Virus record (IMG/VR): IMGVR_UViG_3300022074_000002
Length of the DNA stretch: 64,000 nucleotides
Source: a virus
Strand: one strand, 5' to 3'
A program made the translations under genes and the position numbers. Shown piece by piece: positions 48,113 to 58,130 of this stretch. The notes beneath the pieces were generated by a model. It did not search any database, was not told the DNA's origin, and saw nothing but the letters and a program-made list of their open reading frames with translations. Position 1 is the stretch's first letter. Each line of letters starts with the position of its first letter.

Positions 48113-48868
48113 ATGGCAGGTATTTTAAAAGTAGACCAGATCCAAAACACCGCTGGTGTTCAAATAATGGATCTGCAAAACGACAACTTGAGAATATGGA
48201 ATGGAAGTAGTTATGAACCTATGGCGACACCTGGTGCTTTGATAAGCATTCAAACATTTACTTCTCAAGATGGTACATGGAACTCTAAGTCAACCTCTGG
48301 TGGATCAGGAACTTGGACTAAACCAACTGGTTGTGCTCATGTTCTTGTCTATTGTACAGGTGGTGGCGGTGGAGCAAGAGTTAATGACAACTCTTACCGT
48401 GGTGCTGGTGGAGGTGGAGGTGGAACTGCTATCAAATATATTGATGTATCTACTGTAAACTCTGTAAACTACAGTTATGGTGGTGGTGGAGGTTATGCTC
48501 GTAACGGTGGTAGAGGTGGAACTGGAGGAACTTCATCCTTTGGTTCTTATGTAACTGCGACTGGTGGACAAGGTGGTCAGACTGATAACCCATATCAGGG
48601 AGGACCTGGTGGAAACGCTTCTGGTGGCGACATTAATTTACCTGGCGGTGGTGGTGAAATGGCACACGGAGCAGATAGAGAAGGTGGTTCTGGATCCAGT
48701 TTCTGGCACAAAGCTGGTGGTTCACATCACTATGCCAATAACCAAGAAGAGATTACTCATGGTCAGTGGGGATCTGGAGGCGGTTATGGTTACTATTCAC
48801 AAAACAGTTTTGCATATGGCAACTCCTATGGTGGTGCAGGATGCGTTATCGTTTATAATTACACATAA
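48113..48868 (+). CDS. Glycine-rich fibre-associated protein (251 aa)
   Basis: GTWTKPTG...V.VYCTGGGGG...GGAGCVIVY pattern; ILKVDQIQ N-terminus. Confidence 0.75.
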   Translation: MAGILKVDQIQNTAGVQIMDLQNDNLRIWNGSSYEPMATPGALISIQTFTSQDGTWNSKSTSGGSGTWTKPTGCAHVLVYCTGGGGGARVNDNSYRGAGGGGGGTAIKYIDVSTVNSVNYSYGGGGGYARNGGRGGTGGTSSFGSYVTATGGQGGQTDNPYQGGPGGNASGGDINLPGGGGEMAHGADREGGSGSSFWHKAGGSHHYANNQEEITHGQWGSGGGYGYYSQNSFAYGNSYGGAGCVIVYNYT

Positions 48869-48870
48869 TC

Positions 48871-49224
48871 ATGTATCAGTCACTAATCAATAAATACAAC
48901 GGAGAAGTTGTACAAATACTAAAAGGTGGTTCAGATGTAAGATTTGAAGTCCACGAAGATTTTATATGGGCAGACGGTCCTTATGAAATTGATGAAAAAC
49001 TTGGAGCAATTGACTACCACTATGATAGTGGTATTGGACAAGTTAAGAAAAAAGAATTACCAGAACCTCCATACGATCTTGCAAGAAGAGCAAATTTTAA
49101 TGTTTATGCAGATCAATTGGATATGCTTTGGCATGACATTGATGAGGGTCGTATACCAGGTAAAGAAACATCACTTTGGTATGCACATGTGAAGGATGTA
49201 AAAGAACAACATCCAAAACCATAA
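48871..49224 (+). CDS. Probable tail-fibre assembly/chaperone protein (117 aa)
   Basis: DQLDMLWHDID...W..HVK.VKEQHPKP C-terminus typical of proteins following cyanophage fibres. Confidence 0.6.
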   Translation: MYQSLINKYNGEVVQILKGGSDVRFEVHEDFIWADGPYEIDEKLGAIDYHYDSGIGQVKKKELPEPPYDLARRANFNVYADQLDMLWHDIDEGRIPGKETSLWYAHVKDVKEQHPKP

Positions 49225-49227
49225 ATA
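49221..49227 (+). promoter_or_regulatory. T4-type late promoter
   Basis: ATAAATA upstream of 49252. Confidence 0.65.
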
Positions 49228-49251
49228 AACTTATAGGAAAGTAGTGTAACC

Positions 49252-50538
49252 ATGTCTCAGTTAACAGTTGGAACAGTTTTAACAGGTAATGCGAGTTTAA
49301 CGACGCAAGGTCTTAAGCTGCCATCTTTTACAAACTCGAATAGACCAGGATCACCAAACGTAGGTCAATTAATCTTCAATACATCTGAAGGTAAGGCACA
49401 AATTTGGAATGGATCTGATTGGGACGAAGTTGGTGGTGGTATTCCAGAACCAGCTGATGTAACTAGAGGTTCGTATCTAGTATCTGATGGTAGTAACGGT
49501 GTTTTCTGGGCGTATCCTGGTCAAACAGTTGCGTCTGCACCTTTAACAGGATTCAGATATAGAAGTTTGATAACACACGGTTATCTGGTGGCGGGGTATA
49601 AAGGATCTAATCCTTGGAGAACGGTTAATAAAACATGGCATGCAAATGATATTACTTTCTATTGTGGAGAACAATTAACTAGAGCACTTACTTACGCTGA
49701 CTGTACATGGAGTGATTACTTCGGTTATGGTCATGGTTGCATTAACGCATTCACGGGATCTTCCAACTTTACAGATTCGATCAACCTACACACAGGTATG
49801 AGACGAATGTTTGGTACTACTGGATCAAACCCAGGCGGTGGTACTTACTCTCCAACCTCACCATATGGTTGGGAAGGAGACGATCCTAGAGGAGTCATGG
49901 GATATACAACTGTTGGTGGTTGGAATATGCCAGTTAACCGAGATAGAAACTCAACTGCTACTGCACAGGTACAACAGTTTGGTTATAACTTAGGTGGAGG
50001 TAACTCTGCTGTAGGTAAACTTCACTACTCATCTGAGATCATGTATCAGGTAGGTAACTCACCATCTGGTAGTGACCACACTGCATCTTGTGGTGATGAG
50101 AATAGATCTTGGGTATCCTTCCGTGGTAGTAGATACTACGTCGATCATTCCAACGATAATTGGTCTGGTTGGTCTTCCAACATGGCACCTGACGGAGTTT
50201 GTAAACCACTTCCTTCTAAGTGGGGTCACTTCTATTGTGGTACTGGTAACAATGTTACATCACCTTGGACTAAATACAGTGGATCATCTGGAGCTGGTCT
50301 TAAGAACGGAACTAAGGTTCGTGCTTATGGTGAAGAAAATATGATGATGGGTCAAGACAAAGGATACATGATGGGACAATACGACGGACAGCAGAACAAC
50401 CATACTACTAAATGGGATTACTCTACTGACGTTGAAACAAACATGCCAGCTGCTACTAGACCAAAAGGACATTATGGAACATCATCTGGTGGTTGCTGTT
50501 CAGCATCCGCTTCTGTAACTGCTAAACGAGCACAATAA
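49252..50538 (+). CDS. Fibre-tip-like protein with probable beta-propeller (428 aa)
   Basis: LKLPS....RP...GQLIFNT N-terminal fibre module; repeated GY..G/GG blades; candidate receptor-binding protein. Confidence 0.6.
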   Translation: MSQLTVGTVLTGNASLTTQGLKLPSFTNSNRPGSPNVGQLIFNTSEGKAQIWNGSDWDEVGGGIPEPADVTRGSYLVSDGSNGVFWAYPGQTVASAPLTGFRYRSLITHGYLVAGYKGSNPWRTVNKTWHANDITFYCGEQLTRALTYADCTWSDYFGYGHGCINAFTGSSNFTDSINLHTGMRRMFGTTGSNPGGGTYSPTSPYGWEGDDPRGVMGYTTVGGWNMPVNRDRNSTATAQVQQFGYNLGGGNSAVGKLHYSSEIMYQVGNSPSGSDHTASCGDENRSWVSFRGSRYYVDHSNDNWSGWSSNMAPDGVCKPLPSKWGHFYCGTGNNVTSPWTKYSGSSGAGLKNGTKVRAYGEENMMMGQDKGYMMGQYDGQQNNHTTKWDYSTDVETNMPAATRPKGHYGTSSGGCCSASASVTAKRAQ

Positions 50539-51347
50539 TGAGATACTTAATCGTCAACGAAAAAGAAATCAATCCAGAACAGTTTGTCAACATGGCAAGT
50601 GCTGGAGATACCAGACTGCACTACAGCGAAATGTTTTCGTTGATGCACTTCTCATGTGTAGAGGTCAGTGAAACAGTTTTCCAAACTATATCTAAAGAAT
50701 GGGAACACAAATACTTAGAGGTCACAAAAGCACAAGCGTATAACGGATCAAACTTCTTCTCAGAAATTAGACCATATGGTAAAGTTGCTGCATCAGTTGA
50801 TTCATCTGGTTATGCATGGACTCCTGCTAACCCAGTTTTAAAAGTTCCTATCGAACTTACAGATGCAATTAAAAAAGAAGTTATAGACTTCATGGTATAT
50901 TTTGCAAAAGAAATTATTGAAGATGAATTTAACACACGTCTTAAAAATCTTAAGAACACCACAGATCTAGAAGTAGCATCTTGGGAGATTCAAAAGCACG
51001 AAGCAAGAGAATGGTTAACGAATAAAGGACTAGGTGGTAGTAAAACTCCTTTCTTAGACTACCTATCTGCTGAAAGACATATTGACAAAGATACTCTTTC
51101 AAATAAGATACTTACAAATGCAGAAGCATGGGAAGATAAACTATCTACAATGCTAGTACAATACCAAACATTGATAAAGAAATTTGAAAATTGCACTTCT
51201 GTATGGGATATAAATATATTATATGAAGATCACATTGGTATCATGTTGCCTCAAAAGCAAGCAATTGAGATGGGCAGAACAATATCTGATACTGACTGGG
51301 ATCGTAAACCAGAGTATGAGGTAGAACCCTATGTCTTTAAATTCTGA
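50538..51347 (+). CDS. Tail-fibre assembly-like protein (269 aa)
   Basis: E..SWEIQ..EAREW...TPFLD...R.IDK..L..KIL.NA motif resembles phage fibre-assembly chaperones. Confidence 0.55.
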   Translation: MRYLIVNEKEINPEQFVNMASAGDTRLHYSEMFSLMHFSCVEVSETVFQTISKEWEHKYLEVTKAQAYNGSNFFSEIRPYGKVAASVDSSGYAWTPANPVLKVPIELTDAIKKEVIDFMVYFAKEIIEDEFNTRLKNLKNTTDLEVASWEIQKHEAREWLTNKGLGGSKTPFLDYLSAERHIDKDTLSNKILTNAEAWEDKLSTMLVQYQTLIKKFENCTSVWDINILYEDHIGIMLPQKQAIEMGRTISDTDWDRKPEYEVEPYVFKF

Positions 51348-52167
51348 CGCTAACTTTTCAGATATTATTGCAGACGTTAAAAATATAATAAGTTCAGATA
51401 CAAACGAAATACATTTAGCAAAGTCATTTGTAGATGAGTTCGCACTCACCAAGAAAGACTTTGATACTTTGTCTGCTTCTATGCGATTTGATAGTGGCAT
51501 GACAGAGTATGAGTGTGAGCATTTTGTTGCTGACCCACAATTAACTCCATGGAGAAAAGTCCGTCAAGCACTGATGGAACTTGAAACTAGGTATCATGCA
51601 TACATGGAGAATAGAAATAGTCTTAGAAAGGCAGAGATTCTTAGAAAAAGATTGAGTAGGGACATGCCATTGCTTCCTGACGAACTTGATAGAGAGTTGA
51701 TGCAAATTGATATGGAAAAAAATGATTATGATATTGGTATTTGGAAAAGGAAACTCAGGCAATCTGAACTAGAGTTAAAGTATTTCTTAAATATTGTTGA
51801 CAAGTATGTTGACGACGAGCATCCTTTAGAGTATTATTGTGCTGAACAACCACATGAAATAAGAGTATATTGGATTGCTCGTATGGGCAAGCAAGCAGCA
51901 ATGGACATCATTTCTTATGGTAGAATTGGTTCTGGTAACATGACTACAATTATGGATATGCCAGAGGAAGATCAAGTAGAAACACTTGGTGTTGCTGTTA
52001 AGTATTCTGGTATGATTGGTGGTGGTATTGACAAACTAAATAAAATGATCGCACCGCAACTGCAACATCAGTTAGCACAGGAAGGTATAGTAATGCCTAA
52101 ACTGTTAGATCATAAATATAGTGGACAGGGTGAAAACCAATACAAATTACAAGAGGAAAATGGATAG
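51331..52167 (+). CDS. Conserved coiled-coil protein (278 aa)
   Basis: TPWRKVRQALMEL...YWIARMGKQAA.D....GRIG.GN motifs; function unknown. Confidence 0.7.
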   Translation: MSLNSDANFSDIIADVKNIISSDTNEIHLAKSFVDEFALTKKDFDTLSASMRFDSGMTEYECEHFVADPQLTPWRKVRQALMELETRYHAYMENRNSLRKAEILRKRLSRDMPLLPDELDRELMQIDMEKNDYDIGIWKRKLRQSELELKYFLNIVDKYVDDEHPLEYYCAEQPHEIRVYWIARMGKQAAMDIISYGRIGSGNMTTIMDMPEEDQVETLGVAVKYSGMIGGGIDKLNKMIAPQLQHQLAQEGIVMPKLLDHKYSGQGENQYKLQEENG

Positions 52168-52408
52168 ATTTTTTAATCCAACAAGTAGACATCTTGATCT
52201 ATTGCCTGTAATTCATCACGCTATATGGCAAAGGTATGAATTAGGGGATACAAGTGGCGACACTATTACATACCCAACATTAAATGAAGAAAAGTTGGAA
52301 CAATTAGCAGAAGTACACAAGGGTATCTTAGTAGATAAACCTGGTGAAGAACATTTATATATGGAAGCAGTGATCGTAGATTATGGCAAGTTTCTCGCTA
52401 CCTCTTAA
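52160..52408 (+). CDS. Hypothetical protein (82 aa)
   Basis: Second Met of 52121..52408, preceded by GAGGA. Confidence 0.65.
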   Translation: MDRFFNPTSRHLDLLPVIHHAIWQRYELGDTSGDTITYPTLNEEKLEQLAEVHKGILVDKPGEEHLYMEAVIVDYGKFLATS

Positions 52409-54065
52409 TACAAAATTACCTGAAGATTTTGTAGTAAACCAATTTATTCCTTTTCTAAAAGAACACAAGGAATATATCTATGACATCTATTTTACCTGTC
52501 GTATGCCACCCTTCACGCAAGATGCGATGGGTGACGTAATTGATGGTGACATCAGAGAGACAACTTTAAATGCTTTGTTTGTATCACAGGAGACTGGGAT
52601 ACCTTTGTCTGCAACATTTAATAATATCCAAGTTCCTCCTACACAAGAGAACTTGGATATTTTTATTGAGAATTTTAGATTCTTATATGACAATGGTGTT
52701 CGTATAGTTACCTTACCACACACAACATGGATGCTGACTGGTCAAATTCAAAAAGAATTTCCAGAACTAAAAGTAAAGAATACTATTCTTAGAGAAGTTA
52801 CTAGACCTAATGAAATAGTAAATCTTGCAAAGGCAGGGTTCTATTATATTAATCTAGATAGAGACCTTATGCGTGATAGAGATTCTCTTCTTAGAATTAA
52901 AAAAGCAAAAGAATATTGTGCTTCTATAGGTAAACCTGTTAAGATATCATTACTTTCCAATGAGTGGTGTTGGGGCGGATGTCCGATCATGCCAGAACAT
53001 TATCATTATAATATGGTAAGAGGAAAAGATGATCCACAATATTTTAATGATAGTATTAGTAGAGTATCGTGTTCTACATGGGATGAGAAAGATCCTGCTG
53101 CGTCATTAAAGGCAGCAACTATTCCTCCATGGAGAAAAGACTGGGAAGAATTTGTTGATCTTGGTATAGATGTATTCAAGATGCATGGTAGAGAAAATGC
53201 TATGCGTCTCTATGAGAGTATGACCATCATTAATAGATGGAAAACTAATGAAGAACTTTTACATCCACAGTTTAATGAATATATTGAAGACGTTTCTTTA
53301 GAAGAAAGACCTATTGATATATGGCGTGAAAAGATTAAGACTTGTAAGTTTGATTGTTGGGATTGTAATTACTGTGATTCTGTTGTTCAGTCTAGAATGA
53401 AAAAGAATGATAGACATTTTGATGATGACATTAAATTAGTATTAGAATCTATTGACAAGGCAGCAAGAAGAGAAAGTAATTTTGTAGAAGAAGGATATAA
53501 GTATGAAGGTTTGTCATCAAATATAGTAAGACATTTTCTAAACAATCTATTATCTAAACCTGATGCAATCTACATGGAACTAGGAGTTCATGCTGGTAGT
53601 ACATTCTATGCTGCTACTATGAATAGAGATGTAGAATCATTTGCTATAGATAATTATTCTGAGAAAGAGATATCACCTTTTAGAGATGAAGTAGAGGTAG
53701 AAGGATACGAAGACCCTAAGAAAACATTCTGGGCAGGACTACAACAGAAGCAATATTTTTGTGCTAAGTCAATACAAGATCTGACTCCTAGAGATATACA
53801 CAAACAACCTAATGTAATCTTCTATGACGCAGACCACGACCCACAAGTTCAGTATGATAATCTTACATTCTTAATTCCTGCACTTGCGGACAAGTTTATT
53901 CTTGTTATTGATGATGCAAACTTTATGGGCGTTGTGCAATCGTCTGAGTTCTGGGTAAAAGAACACAAACTTAATTTATTATTTGAAAGAAAAATACTAA
54001 CTAAAATTCCAGAAGATCCTAATGGTTGGTGGAATGGCATACATGTTATGGTATTACAAAAATGA
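52383..54065 (+). CDS. Peptidase-U32-family (Fe-S hydroxylase-like) domain fused to a class I SAM-dependent methyltransferase
   Basis: U32: INLDRDL, NEWCWGGC, SC, FVDLGIDVFKMHGRE, CKFDCWDCNYC; MTase: YMELGVHAGST, AIDNY, IFYDADH, ILVIDD. Confidence 0.7.
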   Translation: MASFSLPLNTKLPEDFVVNQFIPFLKEHKEYIYDIYFTCRMPPFTQDAMGDVIDGDIRETTLNALFVSQETGIPLSATFNNIQVPPTQENLDIFIENFRFLYDNGVRIVTLPHTTWMLTGQIQKEFPELKVKNTILREVTRPNEIVNLAKAGFYYINLDRDLMRDRDSLLRIKKAKEYCASIGKPVKISLLSNEWCWGGCPIMPEHYHYNMVRGKDDPQYFNDSISRVSCSTWDEKDPAASLKAATIPPWRKDWEEFVDLGIDVFKMHGRENAMRLYESMTIINRWKTNEELLHPQFNEYIEDVSLEERPIDIWREKIKTCKFDCWDCNYCDSVVQSRMKKNDRHFDDDIKLVLESIDKAARRESNFVEEGYKYEGLSSNIVRHFLNNLLSKPDAIYMELGVHAGSTFYAATMNRDVESFAIDNYSEKEISPFRDEVEVEGYEDPKKTFWAGLQQKQYFCAKSIQDLTPRDIHKQPNVIFYDADHDPQVQYDNLTFLIPALADKFILVIDDANFMGVVQSSEFWVKEHKLNLLFERKILTKIPEDPNGWWNGIHVMVLQK

Positions 54066-54628
54066 ATTCATTCAAACATCAATATATGGTAGTCCATCTT
54101 GATGATGATTTCTATCCACAATTAGAAAAAGCAATAAAACCATATCAAGATTATGAATCATGTAAAACAGATCAATGGGATGGCAAGAAATATCAGGCAC
54201 AGGATCATAAAGATAGAAGTTCAAAAGCGTGTTGGATAGACAATGATGAAGTCTATGCAATGATGGATGGTCTTGTGCATTTTGCTAATACAAAATGTGA
54301 CTGGAATTTAGATGTAAATTTTATGGAACCTCTACAACGTACAAAATATGATGTGGGTGATTTTTATGATTGGCATTGTGATGAAATGGGTTGGACAAAA
54401 GGTAAGAGACCTAATAATAGGATACGTAAAATAAGTTTTACAGTTATGTTAAATGATGATTTTGAAGGTGGTGAATTTGAAATACAGACAACAGAAAAAA
54501 ATGTGGTAGAATTAAAGAAGAAGGATGTTATAATATTTCATGCTGATACTCCACACAGAGTTAAACCAGTGACTAAAGGTGTTAGACATTCTCTTGTTGG
54601 GTGGACACAAGGACCTGCATTTAAATGA
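54062..54628 (+). CDS. 2OG-Fe(II) oxygenase (PKHD-type)
   Basis: WHCD...RKISFTVML.DDFEGGEF...HRVKPVTKGVRHSLVGW; ATGA overlap sets start at 54062. Confidence 0.9.
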   Translation: MNSFKHQYMVVHLDDDFYPQLEKAIKPYQDYESCKTDQWDGKKYQAQDHKDRSSKACWIDNDEVYAMMDGLVHFANTKCDWNLDVNFMEPLQRTKYDVGDFYDWHCDEMGWTKGKRPNNRIRKISFTVMLNDDFEGGEFEIQTTEKNVVELKKKDVIIFHADTPHRVKPVTKGVRHSLVGWTQGPAFK

Positions 54629-55188
54629 GATTTATAAAAGAATATACATTGAGTGATCTTGGTATATGTGATCGTCTTATAGATCTATACAAAGACGCTG
54701 ACAAAAAAGATTTAACTTATGCTGGTCGTGTAGGTGGTGGTAGTGTCATGCCTGAGATAAAAAAGAGTAGAGATTTTTTTATTGAAGATGCTGCTCCACT
54801 AGGAGAACCTAATGATTATAAATTTGATTTATATCAAGACGAGTTGAATGGATTTATTGATAATTATTTAAACTCTTTGACTATTCATAATCAAGAATTT
54901 GTAATGCAAAGACTACCACAGATTCAATACTATAAACCAGGCGATGGTTTTTATACTTGGCATGTGGATGCATCAGGATCTGATGGTTGTGATAGAGCAT
55001 TCGTATACATCACATATCTAAATGATGTTCCTAATGCTGGAACTGAATTTTTTTATCAAGAGTATACTGTAGAGGCAAAGAAAGGTAACACAGTAATTTT
55101 TCCTGCTGGACTTACCCATAAACATAGAGGTGTGATATCAGAGGAACATGAGAAATATATTATAACTGGATGGCTTTGGTGGGTATGA
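54625..55188 (+). CDS. 2OG-Fe(II) oxygenase (prolyl-4-hydroxylase-like)
   Basis: Y.PGDGFYTWHVD...YITYLND...THKHRG...KYIITGW. Confidence 0.9.
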   Translation: MRFIKEYTLSDLGICDRLIDLYKDADKKDLTYAGRVGGGSVMPEIKKSRDFFIEDAAPLGEPNDYKFDLYQDELNGFIDNYLNSLTIHNQEFVMQRLPQIQYYKPGDGFYTWHVDASGSDGCDRAFVYITYLNDVPNAGTEFFYQEYTVEAKKGNTVIFPAGLTHKHRGVISEEHEKYIITGWLWWV

Positions 55189-55715
55189 AAATTATAAAAA
55201 ACTTTTTACCTAAACAATTACTTAATGCATGTGTAGACGACTTTAGATCTAAGTTGAATACTGATTGTTGGTCATCTAGTAACTTTGCATGGAAACCATT
55301 TTTAAGACAGGGTATTCATGGATCAACTATTGCCACTGATATTCCTAAAGTATTCAGCGATGAGATATCAACATATCTAAAACCACATGCACCTGAGTAT
55401 AAGGAGTTGACATGTAGATATAATGTATGGCAACCAGGTGCTGGTATTGGAGTACACTCAGACACTCATCATTTGTTTGGTGCAACAATATATCTGAATG
55501 AACATTGGCATCCAAATGCTGGTGGTTGGTTTGTATGGATGGATCATGCTGATCTAAATTTAGATGAAGATCAAAGTAAACCTGATGTATACAGAGCAGT
55601 TTTACCAGAACAAAATATGCTAGTATTAAATGACTGTAGTGAGAGTCATCTAGTAACTACTGTTGGACATGATGCACCTGAGTATAGATACACAATTCAA
55701 ATATGGGGTGATTGA
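55185..55715 (+). CDS. 2OG-Fe(II) oxygenase
   Basis: VHSD...ATIYLN..W....GGWF...HLVT...RYTIQIW. Confidence 0.85.
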   Translation: MKIIKNFLPKQLLNACVDDFRSKLNTDCWSSSNFAWKPFLRQGIHGSTIATDIPKVFSDEISTYLKPHAPEYKELTCRYNVWQPGAGIGVHSDTHHLFGATIYLNEHWHPNAGGWFVWMDHADLNLDEDQSKPDVYRAVLPEQNMLVLNDCSESHLVTTVGHDAPEYRYTIQIWGD

Positions 55716-56296
55716 TGAATAAACCTCACGTCATATACAATGTATTATCTGAAGAGGAGAGAATACCATTGTGGGATTACTTTAATCGTAGATCACCATC
55801 TATGAACTCACTTGCTACATGGACATTTAATAATGCATCTTATGGTAAAGGAGATCCAGTATCATGGCAGCATCCATTGAGAACTGATTTGATATTTACT
55901 AAGTGTGCTACTACAGTTAGATTGAAGATAATGAAATTTCTTAGAAGAGATATCAAACTCTGTAAGATACATGCTAATGGACAGACAGCAGGACAGAATA
56001 CAATGTTTCATAAAGATTGGGAAGAGCATAATGTCTGGACATTTATATACTTCAATCAACCACATTGGGATCAGGAATGGGGCGGTGAGTTTGTATGTCA
56101 AACACCAGATGACGAGTATCATCATACACCATATGTACCTAATACAGGTGCATTGATTCCTTCTAATTGGTTACACAAAGGACAACCACCTAATACATTA
56201 ATAGGTAATGAGATTAGAACTACTATTGCTTTCTCATTTTGTGATCCTGAGATTCACGATAATATAATTGCACAGAATACAAGAAAATGGTATTAG
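55715..56296 (+). CDS. 2OG-Fe(II) oxygenase
   Basis: FHKD...TFIYF...W..EWGGEF...LHKG...RTTIAF. Confidence 0.85.
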   Translation: MNKPHVIYNVLSEEERIPLWDYFNRRSPSMNSLATWTFNNASYGKGDPVSWQHPLRTDLIFTKCATTVRLKIMKFLRRDIKLCKIHANGQTAGQNTMFHKDWEEHNVWTFIYFNQPHWDQEWGGEFVCQTPDDEYHHTPYVPNTGALIPSNWLHKGQPPNTLIGNEIRTTIAFSFCDPEIHDNIIAQNTRKWY

Positions 56297-56802
56297 GAAT
56301 TAGACAATATCCAGTAGACATTGATGCAGATAAACTTGTAGAGTTTATTGATACTAATATTGAAAACAATTCTCTCACTAAAAACATAGCTCATGTATCT
56401 AAACTTACCTTTACTAATGGCAAAGATGACTTCTTAGAGTATGATGAACCTATTATTAAAAAATTAAAATGGACATTTCATGATGCTTGCTCTAGATATT
56501 GGGGTATGGATATATTTGATTTCCAAATAAATTCATGGGTGTATGTAGATTGGAATGATAATCCAATAGAACCATATATGCATTCACACAATCCAAACAA
56601 TCCTTTCACATTATCTGGTATAATGTATATAAAACTAGGTGAGTCTGGAACTACTATGTTTCCTATGCCAAAGAGAGATCCATATTTTTTACCTAAGAAA
56701 GAATTAACTTGGTTTATCTTTCCATCTAACTTACCACACATGCCTGGCAAAGGTATTCAAAATGAAAAACGATATAGTTTAAGTGCAGATTTATACGCAT
56801 GA
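56287..56802 (+). CDS. Putative 2OG-Fe(II) oxygenase (TIGR02466-like)
   Basis: HSH...LSGIMYI...IFPSNLPH...RYSLSAD. Confidence 0.8.
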   Translation: MVLGIRQYPVDIDADKLVEFIDTNIENNSLTKNIAHVSKLTFTNGKDDFLEYDEPIIKKLKWTFHDACSRYWGMDIFDFQINSWVYVDWNDNPIEPYMHSHNPNNPFTLSGIMYIKLGESGTTMFPMPKRDPYFLPKKELTWFIFPSNLPHMPGKGIQNEKRYSLSADLYA

Positions 56803-57395
56803 TGTACAGTCAAAATAGTTTCTCTTTTCTATCAGAGAAAATGCCACAAAATTTATATCAAGAATTACTTTCTTACACACAGAGAAGAAGGAAGGAAGAG
56901 ACTTGGAATTATAATCATAAACTTGCTGGTGCATTAGAACAACAGTCAAGTCTATCTGATTGGAGTCCACAGTTTGAAAAATATGTTGTTAGACTATCTA
57001 CAGAGTTATGGTCACAGGTGTATCAAACATGCCCGTGGGATTTTCAAGAAGCAAGAGACGTAACACCTTTTATAAGATTGAGAAACCTGTGGGTAAATTA
57101 CCAGCAACAGTATGAATACAATCCTATACATACACACACTGGTATTGTGAGTTTTGTAATCTTTACAGACATACCATATGGTTCTGAAGAAAGAGAATCA
57201 CATAATAGTAATGGTGCGTTTCAATTAGAAGCAGATGTATTACCAGTAGATAAAACTTGGAATGGTGTAATACTTATGTTTCCATCTACAACTAAGCATG
57301 CTGTATATCCTTTCAAGTCTACACAGAAAGAACGGGTAACAGTATCTGGTAACTTAATATGGAATGTGGAGGGTGTAGATGAAGAACATTATTAA
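56799..57395 (+). CDS. Putative 2OG-Fe(II) oxygenase (TIGR02466-like)
   Basis: WVNYQ..YEYNPIHTH...SFVIF...MFPS..KHAVYP...RVTVSGN. Confidence 0.85.
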   Translation: MMYSQNSFSFLSEKMPQNLYQELLSYTQRRRKEETWNYNHKLAGALEQQSSLSDWSPQFEKYVVRLSTELWSQVYQTCPWDFQEARDVTPFIRLRNLWVNYQQQYEYNPIHTHTGIVSFVIFTDIPYGSEERESHNSNGAFQLEADVLPVDKTWNGVILMFPSTTKHAVYPFKSTQKERVTVSGNLIWNVEGVDEEHY

Positions 57396-57921
57396 GGACA
57401 ACTGTATTAATCCTAACTATCAGAATCTTTTAGAGAGCACTATGAGATATGATACAGACTTTAGGTGGGTGTATCATGACAATCTTAGTGAAGATGGTGA
57501 GAGTCAGTTAGTAGGTTTCTCTCATATGTTTATATTGAATGGTAATTCTACAAGTAAATACTCTGGATTGTTTCTTCCATTAGTATTTGAAGCATGTTAT
57601 AATACAGGTATATCAATATCTAAAGTCATACGTGGTAGATGTTTTTTACAGACGCCAGGTGTGAGAACAAAAGAGTATGATTCTATGCATGTTGACTTAC
57701 CAGATCAACATTTGGTATGTCTATACTATGCATCAGACAGTGATGGTGACACGTATTTTAGTGAAAGAATGTACGGAGAACCGCTTGCTGAATACCCTAT
57801 AAATAGTACAGTATCTCCTGTAAAAGGTAGATGCGTTTTCTTTGATGGTCTGCGATATCATTCAAGTAGCGTACCCACAAAGAAACCTAGATTCGTAATA
57901 AACTTTAATTTTTTACCTTGA
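57379..57921 (+). CDS. Putative 2OG-Fe(II) oxygenase
   Basis: MHVD...LYY..DSDGDT...GRCVFFDG..YHSSS...RFVINFN. Confidence 0.85.
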   Translation: MKNIIKDNCINPNYQNLLESTMRYDTDFRWVYHDNLSEDGESQLVGFSHMFILNGNSTSKYSGLFLPLVFEACYNTGISISKVIRGRCFLQTPGVRTKEYDSMHVDLPDQHLVCLYYASDSDGDTYFSERMYGEPLAEYPINSTVSPVKGRCVFFDGLRYHSSSVPTKKPRFVINFNFLP

Positions 57922-57926
57922 TAACC

Positions 57927-58127
57927 ATGGATCCATCACAACTAAAAAATAACTTTGAAGAGCAAATAGGTAAGACTGATGCTCAGATAATAGAGTTAGA
58001 AAAGCAATTAGAAAAAGCAAAAGAATATAAATTAAAACTTGTGGGAGGACTAGAAACTCTAGGTCTTTTAGAGCAAGAAGAAGCACCAGCACCTGACTCA
58101 GCACCCGCAAGCGTTGATCCTTCCTAA
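57927..58127 (+). CDS. Small coiled-coil protein (66 aa)
   Basis: ORF track with first ATG at 57927. Confidence 0.7.
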   Translation: MDPSQLKNNFEEQIGKTDAQIIELEKQLEKAKEYKLKLVGGLETLGLLEQEEAPAPDSAPASVDPS

Positions 58128-58130
58128 ATA
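58124..58130 (+). promoter_or_regulatory. T4-type late promoter for g13
   Basis: CTAAATA upstream of 58155. Confidence 0.7.

Noticed and set aside
49252-50538. Diversity-generating retroelement acting on the fibre tip
   Set aside because: No reverse transcriptase and no template/variable repeat pair seen in the window
52383-53400. Annotation as a collagenase/protease (U32 peptidase)
   Set aside because: The family name is historical; characterised members are Fe-S hydroxylases and the Cys motifs here fit that
53480-54065. Methyltransferase as a CpcM-like Asn72 methylase for the phycobiliprotein-like domains
   Set aside because: The GGNAY loop carrying Asn72 is absent from the phage domains and nothing in the sequence links the two
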